A stretch of DNA of 64,000 bases from Haplodiscus bocki (lineage: Eukaryota), in contig OZ296651.1 of NCBI GenBank assembly GCA_965655095.1, positions 53,258,001 through 53,322,000 of the forward strand, in the 5' to 3' direction. Each line of letters starts with the position of its first letter. The stretch's first letter is position 1. Below, piece after piece: positions 51,957-64,000 of this stretch. Position numbers and translations under genes: made by a program. The notes under the pieces are model-generated. The model was not told where the DNA came from, did no database searches, and worked only from the letters and a program-made list of their open reading frames with translations.

Positions 51957-52256
51957 TCATTTAAAGGTTTTCATTATTCCAAATGACATCCATCTAGCCC
52001 AAGTCGAGTACAACATTACCAGGGTGATAGCAGAGGACGAATTGACTGATTTCAAAGCTAGTTCCACCCTAGGTAACACTAAACTATCCATTGTTGCTGA
52101 AAAAGCGTCATATACTCTGGTCTCGACCCCAGCAACGTTATCCACTTCATAGCTTACTCTGTCAGAAAACATTCTATCTGATGTTTGCTTATCATCTTGA
52201 GAGCCAAAAACGGGAACCAAGTGGTTCACGTCACCAGAAACAACATTTTCACTCAT
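51957..52256 (-). pseudogene. Diverged, truncated homologue of ORF 50455-51078
   Basis: DKQTSDRMFSDRVSYEVDNVAG-VETRVYDAFSATMDSLVLPRVELALKSVNSSS aligns with NVKTLERCFNERIERELSNIVDTVENRIQNAILTAIDNIVAPKIELAIRSINASS. Confidence 0.7.
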
Positions 52257-52994
52257 TGCATGATTGGGGAATCTTCTACTTGTTCGGCAACTTTCTGAAA
52301 AGTTGCTGGTTTATCGAGGCAACTTGAACGTTTAAAATCATGGGGAGTGGCAATAAACTGGCAGCAATTAACGCGGACTTGTAGTCTTCATTTGAACTGA
52401 AGAACCACTTTTTTGCTGCGCGTTGTGTTTTCTGCAGTTTTCTCAGAATGTTTTTCACAGAGACCCGTATTGAACATGCATTTGCTTAGATGGGCCAAAC
52501 TTACTTTTTCGAGGCATTTTATCTGGTTTTCTTTGAGCTAAGATCGGATACGTTCCGTTTAATTGTGAACAACGGCTTGAGTTTCGCCTTGGTTGTCTGA
52601 TGTTAGTTTTCATTCTAGCTGAAAGTTGCACAGAAAACCAAGCCAAGGTATGTTCAGCCATTTGTAGGTAGGATGTCTTTGCTGTTGGTTTCGGAGATCA
52701 AGTTTTCTTCAATGATAAAAAACAGCCGGTTTGTTTCAATAAGTAAGATGCCGTTCTCAATGAAGAAGTTTTGTTGATTAAAGACACTGTGTTGTAGTCA
52801 AGTTTTTCATTAACTATAATTGAGAAGTCAATTGCAAATCCAAAATAATCGTCAACTTCAACTCGGTTGGTGTCAAGCTCGCATGAGGGGTTAGTGAGTA
52901 CATAAAGATTTTTTGCCTTTAGTTTTTGTCCATTGTTGAAGTCCTTACACCTATCTTGTGTCACCTAATAAGTGGGAACTTATGCACCATCATA

Positions 52995-53942
52995 TATGAC
53001 TGTCATTTTAAAGTTTCACTTTCTTTCTCAATGATGTAAGCGCGAATATGTAAATTTTATACAAACTTAAATAGATACTAATTACACTGCACGGCTATTC
53101 AGACTACGCACCATAACCCATATCTTATACAGTCATTTGTAATTGAGCCACAACACACCTCAATTCACAACAGCTAAACAGTATATCTGCACTAATCTTT
53201 TCAAGAGTGAGCCGCAACACACCTTATTATAGCTCAGTACATTCAAATCATCTAAAATCAATATCTGAGAATAAGCTGTATCACGCACCATTATAGTGCT
53301 TCTTGATTCAACCTTCAACAAATTTAATCAATCTGAGTTGAGACATACCATGTAACCATTGCAGAGCAATTACTACAAAGACTTCAAAATTCTTTGTGAA
53401 TCGTGAGTTGTCATACACCTCACTCAAAGGTCCTGTTAGAATTTGCTATCAGGAAACAGGAAAGTCAATGTTTGAAGTCAACCGTCACTCACTTCACTCA
53501 AAGGTGACGTTAAAATCTACAATCTTGAAATTTCATCACTTGGAGTGAACCATACATCACCTCAATCAAAGGGCAGGCAGATTTTACCATGATACAAGTT
53601 TCATCATTGAGAGTGACCATACCACACTTTTTTCTCGATTGCCCGTTGTCCACGGCAGCAATATTTCTGTTTGAGATTGAGGTCTACCGGAGCTGACTGT
53701 AGTGCAATACAAATAAATAGGCGCGGAAACAGCTTAGAAAAACGATAAGTGTGAAGTCAGCTTCATTTCAAGTGTTTATTCACTCAGTGCTAAATAAACA
53801 TGATCATTCAGAGTGGGCCGTACACTAGCTCACCTTAGTCAAATATTCAAATTATGAGCGATGGTACCCAAAGGTTTAAAGTAAAGAAATAGATACACTA
53901 TGTGACTAGTGAGACACTTATGAGATCACCAGTGCTGTCACA
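52995..53942 (+). mobile_element. Putative 5' LTR (~948 bp) of the downstream Gypsy element
   Basis: The ends TATGAC…GTCACA are a decayed TGTGAC/GTCACA pair, with AATAAA at ~53712 and ~53793. It is followed immediately by TGATGTAG (possible decayed TGGCGCAG PBS) and then gag-pol. Confidence 0.5.
53141..53630 (+). repeat. Regularly spaced array of ~8 GAGTGAGCC..ACACACCTCA-like motifs (~62-72 bp period)
   Basis: Motif copies start near 53143, 53205, 53268, 53333, 53402, 53474, 53543 and 53611, with an outlier at 53811. Confidence 0.7.
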
Positions 53943-54429
53943 TGATGTAGTTCAAAAGAGAATAATGTGATGCAACACAAGCGCCTCAATGGTAAGGGTG
54001 ACTGGTGTTAGCTGATGATGTAAACTACAGGTGTGAAAAAAAGCTCCAATGAGAAGCGCTGAGTTTATCACGTGACTATTTTTCGTCCGCATAAAAGCCT
54101 CAAACACTCGGTGGTAACAGTTTCATCAAAATTGCGCTCCGCCTCTGTAACGTACACTACTCCGTTTTACGCGGCTGCAGTCACAACGTGACGCAGACAA
54201 TCAACGCCTTAAGGTTATTACGAAACGACTACTACTACTACCGTAGATGACAATGAAATCACGTCCACCTCACTGTCAACAAACAAATTTAAGTATTAGC
54301 GTAACTTTACCATTTCCTTTTAAAGGAACAGCAGAACAGAAAAAGCACACACATAAACTACGACATACACATAATCGAACTACGACACACATAAACCACG
54401 AGGGAATTCGTTACTAAACTACGTCTCCG

Positions 54430-57400
54430 CCATGAATCAGAAACTGAACAAATGGAACTGGCAACTGAGCTGATTTTCCGGCAACTCCAAAGTTTATGCG
54501 AGCCATTGGCAAATCAAATTGAGTTGGATACCACTGGAAAAGGCGACGTTAACGGTTCAAGACGTGATGAAACATCCGCAAGTTCAGAGGAAAGCTGGTA
54601 GGGAACGGTAATAGGAGTCAACCCGAACCCTCGGAGGCGAAACCGAGCACCGACTTTGGACAACATCATGTACTTTGCCGCGGCCAGACCGAGGACAGCA
54701 AAAACCAACCTTACATGACGCAATTGATGATTGCAATCACCACCGTCCTCAGCTGCATCCAGAGGACAACACGAAAACGCAAGCTTCTCCGAAACCACGT
54801 ACCGACATTCCAAGGAAAAAAACAGTATAGCGAGTTCGAACACCTCCGACTGAATCAAATACGACCATTCTATCACAAAATCACAGAAAAAGAGAAGCTC
54901 CACTTTTCAACCAGCCTGCTTCCAGAGCAAAGCAAGCGAATTCTGGAAACAACCAAAGTAACCCAAGGCAAACTTTACTCGACATACTGACAATGTTCCA
55001 CAGAGAGCACCCCTGCGGCAGCTTCATGGAATTGTCCAGGTACCAATAGGATGAACTATAGTACAACCGCCACCGCGAATTATATTTGAGTTTCAGAAAC
55101 CCATCAAATGAAACCGCGAAACAAGCCGTATACCCAAAAACTAAAGAATATGTCAAAGCTCTCTCCATCAGCAAAATACAGTTGCCATCCAAATTGACCC
55201 CAGTGTAGCCTGAAAACAAGACGCAACAGTAGACCAAAGCAGAAATATCCAAAAAACAAATCAGTACCAACAATTGAAGGGTACCCATACTCTACAACCT
55301 TTCAATGAAAAGTTTTTTGGTACGGGCGGACTTCAAAATCAAAAGCTAACCCGTGCGAACAAGTACCAGAAACGGAAATTCAGTGAACATGTTCGCAATG
55401 GAACAAAAAAAGCCGCCAAACAATGGATTTTGCAGCCTGCAAGTGAAAAATAGCCCATTTTGAACGACGAAACAAAGATTTGGGAATCCAACAGCAACAT
55501 CGCACACCAGTTCAACAGGCGCAAGACAGATCGAACTACATCATGAAGATGGTTTCTCAATTTTGCGGACGAACAGGACACTCTTTGCTCACTTGTAGGC
55601 ACCGTAATATGAATACCAACGCACACAGCAGCATACCCCACCAGAGACAAAATCCAGATGAGAACCGAGCTTTTATAAAAGAAATCAAACGTGCACATAA
55701 ACGATAGTTCTAATTGAACTAACGCACTGAAGCAATCAGTGACGCATCCCATTCTGAGAAGAGGCGGTTCAATCCGATTCTTCAAACAAATAAAACCCAC
55801 GTTATCCAAAATCCAAACGTGAACGACCGCCATATGTCAAATATAGTTCATGTAATTATTCAACTACTGACACTACGAAAGAACTGAAAGAAAATGAAAA
55901 ACCAAAATGATAAAGGCTTTGGAAATTCGGCAACCTTTGTCTGGCCACAATACCTAAAAAACGTTACTATGAAACGAGTCTCAAGCCAACAATCATCCTT
56001 GTGCACGCAACAGCAGAACAAGGGAATTACATACAAATGAATGAAACACTTAGGACAGCAATGGTATAAATGACGACTCATAACTCAATCAAGCTTTCAA
56101 CCTTGAGTGTCAAACAACCGCCAAACCTGATTACAATGAGGCACGGAACATTCCACTATTGGAGAGAACGACATCGTCTGGAAAGACACAAACACCACCA
56201 GTTGTTGACTGCTTCGGCTCAATTGAAACAACGTGACCGACATATGTATAGACACCTGGACTTTCAAAATACGAAAAAAAAGCTCCACAAGGTACTGGTT
56301 CCATTGGGAGCGCCATTTGTGAATCGGAATTCCATCGTTTCCTAGTCGCCCAACCTACGCTTCTCATACAAGATGTGACTGTACCAGACAAAAACGTTCA
56401 GAGTTCAAATGGCCAACGAAAGCACGATCCCCCTCACAAAAAGCTCCCATGTTTGTTTTTCCACAGTCGGAAAACAATTTGAGGAGACCTTCAAGATCTA
56501 GCCAACAATGGGTAGCATTTTGAAAACAATGTGTTTTTTCGAGGAGTACTCAGTGACGTTGGACAACCTCAACCGTCCGATATATTTCCTCGGTGTATCA
56601 CTCCAACTAGGTCAAACCAACGGAAAAGGAAACTGTGACTTATGGTCCAAGCTCCCAGCTGCACAGAGGATGGTGGTACTGCCCTATCAGCCACTTATGT
56701 TCTCAGTGTGCAACAACGCTGAAATTGTTTCAGACACTAGTACACCCGAACAAACAACAACCATCACTAAGTATGAAGCCTTACTGTTTACTTCTGCAAG
56801 CTCGAAAAGTTAGTGATCAACCCACATGGTAACGCCCACATGTTCAACGCTGGTGCAATCGCCCAACTTCACTGCACTGGCACACAACTAGGCAAGACCT
56901 GTGGAATCCAATGCACCGGCGATTTTGAGCCCTAAGACACTTCACCCCAAAAAGATTACAGCCAAAGTAAACCAAACAATCCATGATGAACCCAGAACGT
57001 CCAACTGGAAAAAAACACACCGTAAACTTGTCAAAACACTCAGACGCTCAACCCACTATAACGACGAATCTCTGACGCCATTTTCACCCTAAGAAAACAG
57101 AAACATCCGGATCCCAAAACGTCAGTTGAGCAGCGAAAGACATTCTCGGTGGAAACAAATCGAATTTTTCATAACTCACAACTAGGCAATGACAAAAAAC
57201 CACAACTACAACGTTTATTGGTCAAATTTTATAACATTTTATCACTTCACTGTACAGATAAGAGTGTTAACACTGAGTTCAAGAATAGGCATACACCTAG
57301 GCACAACAGCACGCTGTACGCCCACAGTCTGTCTGAACCAATCAACCTCAAAGACGGAACACTAGTCGAACTGGCATTAATGGAATAATTTGATGTTTTG

Positions 57401-59800
57401 ACAACGTTGCCTCTCAGCGAAAATTGTTCACCCATTATGACACAGCGAAAACCTAGTTGTCGACTCGAGCTGCTAGTGAATTAACGGCAGATTGACAACC
57501 TCATTAAACAGAAATACACAGAACATGATCATCTGGTAACACCCATAGCAGACTTTGCACTTTGCACATTACATGGCAGAGAAGGTGTTTTTTTAAGCTT
57601 GATTGCTCACAAGCGTGTGATTGCCTTTAGATGGCAGCTGAGCAAGCAATCCATCTCTTGTCGTTCAATTTTGTTTCTAGCAATTTTGCAGGAAAACGTC
57701 TCGTTTAAGTGATATACTGTTCCCTAACTCCATTCTTAATCGACAGTTTTTTGTTCAGGCGGTCAAAAATTGAAGTTTTGGGAAAGACGATTAGAGCTAA
57801 TGGAGTCAGTCCTGTATAAAAATCAACTTTTCTTTCAAAAATCGCAAAACATCTGTCTCAGCCTAATCACTGCAGCAATGCCTAGGTTTTGTTAAATTTT
57901 ACAGACCGTATCTAACTAAATTAGTTGAAAACCCTTTCCAATTTCAAACTCTTACAAACGGACGCTTTGTTTGAACTCACTGACTCGCTAGGTGACACGA
58001 TGCTTGAGATCAACAGAAACTTAGCCAAGGCAATTACAGTGTTCATTAGATGAATTCTCTTGGAGAGGCAGTTAGTCATAATGTGTGAACCCACTGAACA
58101 AGCAGCCGGTTACAGCCTCGTGATGGAAAACTTCAAGAAACCAGCCGGTGGTTCGATCATATGCATCGGTTGCATTTGGTTTTCGTAGAGCCATAAATAG
58201 CCCAATGTCAGTCGTTATGTAAGCTAACGAAGTCTTATCCTTGCAGTTCATTGTTGTTGAGTCTGGCCACATCTTGTGAAACGTCAGAAAACCCACGGTG
58301 GTAATGATTGATAACAGGGCTCTAACTAAAAAACTTTAGACAAAACAGGTTCCACTGAAATAATGGAATTCTTTCGACCAAACATTGCAGTTTAGTTTTG
58401 TTTAACTACATGAACCATGTACGATAATCGTGTTCTTGATCATGCATCTCGTTCAGACGGAAAACGCTAGCATTTCATCAAACTCGAATTCACGGTTAGC
58501 GTACCTGTGTACCGCATTGACAATTGGGCTCGCCCTAACACGCGCAAGAAAAACCAGGAACATGCGCCAAAATTGAACGAGCTGACACCTGAAACACAAC
58601 AGACATTCGGTGCCGTAAAGAAAATGCTCTCGCAGAACCGGGGTGTGACGGAACAGCACCTTGTGCAACGCAAACGCAACCAGCAGCGCTGTTGTCAAAC
58701 AGAACATCACGTGATCAATGTCAACACTTCATCATGTTTCAACCTCGCAACTCACTACTGTAACCACAATTAGGTCAAGTAAGCACGCAGGGGACACTAA
58801 TTTTGGACATTTCTAGTTTAACGACCCCAACATACAACAAATGATACGCTGCTTAGGTGCTTACGAGCTGCATCCGAACAACAGAAAAAATTACCAATCA
58901 GCTGTGACGAAAAATTAACAAAAATTAACGTATTGCTCTGTTCGTCAACGACCCACTATATCGTAAGTTCTCATACCTTTTAGACAAGGAAACAAACAAA
59001 CTAGTTGTGAAACCAGAAACAGCAATGGAGAAATTCGTGAAGTCAGTGCATTGAGACCCTATGCAGAGACACCCTGGTTCTTCTGAAAGACTGCTAGCCC
59101 ATCGCCAACAGTTTCAATCACCCAAAAACGCTGAAAAACATCAACGCGTCGTAAACAACTGCAACAATTCTATTCAGGCCAAATTTTACACCACAAGTAA
59201 ACTGAAACCGCCGTTATAACGGATCTACAACACTTCCGACGGACAAGCCAATATCAAGTCTGAAATCGGTCTGATCGGAAAATTGCCTCTTTTAAACGGT
59301 TGCACACACATCCTAACTGCAACTGACATCTTTTAGCGCTACCTGTTTGTCGTTGCATTAGAACACCATTTTTTTCATCCATGGCGAAATTTCTCAGGCA
59401 GATATTCACACACCCAGCGTTTGTGCCCTGCCCTATACTTGGCGGCAAGGTCTGCACGTTTAGTTCAAACGTTCAAATTGATCCCGTGGAAGTCTCAGGT
59501 ACCGACATTGAACATGCTACCACTAAGCACACTCAGAAAATGTATTACGTGTTTGATGTGCTTCCCATCAACAAACACCTAAAACACTACCATCTTTTCT
59601 ACACAACCCATATCTTTCTCTTTAGCTGAGCAACAACTCATCATTTAGTACCATTCCACAGAACATACCTCAACTCAGCATCCATTACGCCACTATCAAG
59701 ACGGCACCCTTCTTAGAAGTCAAAATTCTAGATAATAGCTCCGTAACAACCCTGCTCCGAAAAATTAGCTGGAGTACTTAATTGTGCATTTGATCGAAAC
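54430..59800 (+). mobile_element. Ty3/Gypsy LTR retrotransposon internal region (gag-PR-RT-RNaseH-INT), pseudogenised
   Basis: RVQMANEST (protease region, ~56400); LVELALME*FDVLTTLPLSENCSPIMTQRKPSCRLELLVN*RQID and FKLDCSQA..CL*MA (RT, 57360-57690); SYASVAFG and KPTVVMIDN (RNase H); ILTATDIF*RYLF and EHATTKHTQ (integrase). Confidence 0.88.
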
Positions 59801-60999
59801 ACAAGCCCTTTCAAAATTTTTTCTCACTGAACCTAATTAACGAAGAGAGCCTCACTCAAACGTTTGATGGCACACTCCTTGATCATGCTGTTGTTGTTTG
59901 TTCAATCGCCTCTTTACATTGCCCGCCGGTCCCCTCGGGATTTGACAAAATGTCAATCATTCAGTTCAATTTACAAAGAACCAACACACGACATCTTTAT
60001 TTTGCATCCCGTGCGAAGTTCTTCTCACAAAAAGAATGACTGACAATCTAAACGCTGTGAAAGTGAAACTTACCCCACTAGATGGTACAATGTTTAAACT
60101 CTGCTCTTCTGCTGTTTGAAACAACAGCTCATTCGACTTTTCCTTTAGCACGCACCATACACACACTTATTATTGTGACGTATTTAAGACTCAGTAATCA
60201 TAGCCTAAACCTTTCACAAAGCAACTTGTTCCACCAGCAGATGCAAAAAGATTGGGCTTATAAAAGTCTGACTCTCAAACGAGTCCCCCAAAACGCCGCA
60301 GCACATTTCGCACCCCCTGTTGATTAACAAGTTAAACTTTTGATATCGAGACCTCTTCAACTACGTTTTCCATCTGTTTTTCTAAAGATACTACTGCTAC
60401 TTCACAGCTGTGCAAGTTCCCAAAGTACTCTGTGACAAATGTTACATAAACAACAGTGTGGGTTAATGAAAGAACTATTTTACAGATAGTGAGGTACCCA
60501 CTGCTTTACCGCAAAAACCAACCAAAAACAAGAAATGAGGTGTACTATCCATCACTGAACTTCAAATTTAAATATAACATAATTGCTCCCTTCGTGCTTC
60601 ATCCTTCCCCATCCGCAAGATGTGTCCGTCTTCACACTGTCCAGTTTCAACTCATCTTTTTCCTTTCTCGATGAATTTTCCAACTCTCTCGCGACCCAAA
60701 CAAAGTTTCGTCCCAATACGTCTCATTTCAGGCTACCTACTCCTCTTTTTAGTATTTTTTCTCCAGCTCCTCAAAGTACCGCGAACGCGGACCTGCACTC
60801 AAAGAACACCATTCAAGGGATAAAGAAATCAATTGACAGAGTTGCCAACGAATTCTCTCACCAATGTTTTCTCTCAACTGCTTTTTCCGCCAAATCTAAT
60901 GTAAATTGTTTTCTCGTTCTTGTTTTTTTTTTCATTTTCGCCTTCTATCTGCTCGAAACAACTTCTAGTGGTTTGCAATACGTAATACAATAAATATTT

Positions 61000-62250
61000 A
61001 CGGTTAATTAAAAAAAACAGTCAGAACATATATGAGAGAAGCAAAGAACATTTATGTATATAAAAATATGCAGTCAGGGTCAATCACTGTGTGTCTACAC
61101 ACGATCATTGAGTTCCTTTCAATCTGCGTCATCAGCGTCTCATCAGTTCAATTCAAATAACCTGCGAAGTCTGAGTCCAACAAAAACAACCTCCATCAAT
61201 GTCTCACTAGCATCAGTTGAGACTGGAATCGCGACCTCTTCGTTGTCTCCTTGCGTTTCGAGGGATCCCTCGACCTCTCTTTAGTCTGACGCTTCAACGG
61301 ACTTGTTTTTCTGCTTCCGCCTCGAGCTTGACATCAGTTCCGAAGTATAGGTATCCGGAAATCACGGCTCTCTGAAAAGCCATGACTTGAACTTGTTGCT
61401 AATGTAGCCCTCTTTTAGTGCACAAGAAGTGCACAAAATTACTCACACACAGACACTTCCAACCACGAAAGTTTTCGCCTCGGTACAAACAACCTCTTGC
61501 AGAAAGCCACTGATTCCTGTTTTCCTTTACAACTGAAGTCGACATGTCAGCAGAGGCTAGTTGACCCTAAATAGAGAACCGATTACAAAAACAATGCAAC
61601 ACAGAAGATCTCTCTTTCAAGTTTAGCACCTCTGCGATCACAGAATTGAAACAGCCGAGTGTGTAGTTCTTCTTTCCCGCAGTCAACAACAGCACCTCAA
61701 CCATCAGTCTCAATTCCGCTGATCCGTTCCACTTGTCCGATCCGAGCTAAAACCACTTCAGATCTCCAACAATTTCGACATTGTTGCCATAGCCCCACCG
61801 TATTCTCAATATCTTGACAAAAACATCATGGCGTTTTGGCACATTCCGAGACTCCAACTCGGTAATAACGCCAAATTCCGGGCGGTAGACATTCAGTGGA
61901 ACACTTCCTCATTGAGACGATCTGCTCTTCCCTCCTGGTTGATCTGCAGCATCAGAAGTCACAACATCACGCTGCTGGACAGAAGTGTTCGCATGGTTGG
62001 AACTAACCCCACCACCAAATGCCGCAAGAGACTCAAGGCAACAGTGAAGAACTGCGTTTTTGTCTATTGACTGAGCGCCACAAAGAAGCGTTCCAAATGC
62101 GCTTCCACAGCGCTACTTGCAAGATGATGCTAGGAAAAGTGTCAAATCACATTTTGAACCTCTTCTGGGCCCGTTTCTTGAATTGGTCTCCGTACAACAT
62201 TTTTCAAGATTTCCGACAACTTCAAGATTCATGCGGAGCTTCTTCTTCCT
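61000..62250 (-). mobile_element. Ty3/Gypsy integrase-region remnant
   Basis: Decayed minus-strand frames include a C..C knuckle end (~62200) and DKWNGSAE…LLLTAGKR (cf. WDxxLP…LxxGRE, ~61680-61740). Confidence 0.45.
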
Positions 62251-62299
62251 CAACTTGACCTGAAAACTCGCAATCGTTTTTTTGTAAGTTGAACGTGAT

Positions 62300-62880
62300 G
62301 GCTGTTGGTTTATCGGTCATATGTCGTAAAAAGTTCAAACTGCTTCCGGGAAGCAAGAAATTTTTTCAATTTTTGAAAGAAAAACATTTCGCTCTAAACG
62401 ATCATCGGGACAGGGTGCTATATTTACAACACTATCATAAAATTTTTTCGCAGAATTTTTACTTTCGGACACATGGAAAGCGGTTTAGAGGACACCAGTC
62501 AAGAATCTATCCCCCGTGAAGAAAAAAGTTCCAAATTGTTGCAACCATGTGAGGTCTTTTGACCAAGATGTAACCCCAGACACGTAGATTTGACAACACC
62601 GGCCAGAAAATTTTCGCCCTGAAACTGGAAGAACTTATGAAAGTTCAAACTTTCCTGTGAATGTTCTCTAATTAAAGGTTCTCCCGGTCAGGTAGAGTGC
62701 AGTTTTGTTCGTGCCAACTTGTTCGGCAGAACTCCTTTAGAGACTACCTGTTTTTTAGGAAGGTTTTGAATTTTTTTCTTGCAAATTTTTCTGTAAACGC
62801 TTAGAATTCACGTTAGGTGCCTCAAACAAAGTGAACAAAGGTAAAGTTGGGCCATATTACAACATAAAATCAACCCAAAG
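62300..62880 (+). repeat. Copy 1 of a ~580-bp direct repeat (copy 2 at 63410-63990; offset ~1106 bp)
   Basis: Collinear matches include gctctaaac..tcatcgggaca, ccctgaaac.ggaagaa.tt.tgaaa, aattaaaggttc.cccggtca and gcctcaa.caa…ggcc.t.ttaca. Confidence 0.85.
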
Positions 62881-63409
62881 AGTTTATAAAAAGCAATTAC
62901 ACCAGCCAAGTGGTATGTGATATAAAGAAAACATGACAATTTGATGATGGATAGAAAACTTTTCTGGAAAATTCAACCGCCTCAGAAATTTTCCGTATCG
63001 AAATGGTCCTCGGCGCCAGTTTAGAATCCTCAGATTGTCTTTTACCAGTTTTGTTTGTCCTTTGGTTTTCATTTGAGGTTTTGGTTTTGAGTCTTACGAT
63101 TTGCATTAAGCTGTATCAAAATTGTACACGTATTGTCATTTTGTCCAAGTTATACCAAAACGTAACCGAGCCCCGACAATTAGCCAAAACATTGAAATTC
63201 AAAATTTCAAAGGCACCATCTGTAACAGAACGCTAGGAAGACAGTCGATTTTTTTTATATATCTCTTTTTGGCTCTCTTCTTAATTTTGTCTCGTAAAAT
63301 GCTTTTCAAGTTTTCTGCCAGCTTCAAATTTCTTGCGGAGCACATTTTATCTCAACCTAACTTGAAAACTTCCCATCGCTAGTTTTTAAGATTTGCAGGC
63401 ATTGAAAAA

Positions 63410-63990
63410 TGATGTATAGGTCATCAGTCGGAAATATTTTGCTCTAACTGGGAAAAGCTCGAGGTCTTTCCAACATTTGGAGCAAAACTTTTTTGCTCTA
63501 AACATTCATCGGGACAAATAGAATACATCTACGATAGAGAATTTAAACTTTTTGCACGAAATTTTCATTCCGGGACGCATTGAATACAGTTTTGAGGGCA
63601 CCAGCAAAAAACCTGTCCCCCATGAAGAAAGAATCTGCATATTCTCGTAACGTTGTCAGAACTTTCTGACAGAAGTGTTTCCTGGACGCATAGTTTTGAC
63701 AACAGCTGCACGAACATTTTCACCCTGAAACCGGAAGAATTTGTGAAATATCAAGCTTTCCAGTGAATGTTTCTCAATTAAAGGTTCACCCGGTCAATTG
63801 GAATGAAGTTCGATCCTAGCCAGTTTGTTTCGCAGAAATCCATGAATGAAAAATTTCTTTTTGATAAGATTTTGTAAAAATTTGTCGCAACTTTTTTCTG
63901 TGGACGCTTGAAAATCAGCTTAGTTGCCTCAAGCAAGATAAACAGAGGTGAAAATAGGCCTTCTTACAGCGTGACACAAACTCTGGATGA
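63410..63990 (+). repeat. Copy 2 of the ~580-bp direct repeat
   Basis: See 62300-62880. Contains internal ggac.c.tag…gttttga subrepeats. Confidence 0.85.
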
Positions 63991-64000
63991 AAAGCAATAA

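Noticed and set aside
53141-53630. CRISPR array
   Set aside because: The repeats are too divergent, the later linkers resemble each other, there are no cas genes and the context is a eukaryotic retroelement. Kept as a repeat finding instead.
54514-56081. Several 70-164-aa hydrophobic minus-strand ORFs
   Set aside because: They are antisense to the A/C-rich Gypsy gag region; the hydrophobicity comes from T/G-rich codons.

Overview
AT-rich, transposon-saturated eukaryotic (animal) DNA; the repeat families resemble ones I associate with acoel worms such as Symsagittifera, but that is recall, not a search result. Most listed ORFs are chance frames or broken pieces of decayed mobile elements. One convincing host gene is present: a 4-exon, phase-consistent + strand gene (28892-41117) encoding a ~258-aa single-Sushi/CCP, single-pass membrane protein (SUSD3-like architecture) with an RVxF motif and a C-terminal PDZ-binding motif. 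The rest is nested, degenerate elements: a near-complete BEL/Pao LTR retrotransposon (-, ~9.6-16.5 kb), a Ty3/Gypsy element (+, ~53-59.8 kb), several Gypsy fragments, RTE and CR1/L2-type LINE remnants, TIR/MITE elements, probable Mutator-like and Polinton/adintovirus-like remnants, and a 1.1-kb-period duplication at the end. The most unusual observations are three LTR-like units carrying cargo: (i) two ~470-bp copies containing a tRNA(His)-like Pol III cassette, (ii) a ~960-bp unit containing an intact ORF that runs through its right end, and (iii) a ~950-bp unit containing a regularly spaced ~67-bp repeat array. Boundaries of decayed elements are approximate and come from manual translation and alignment.
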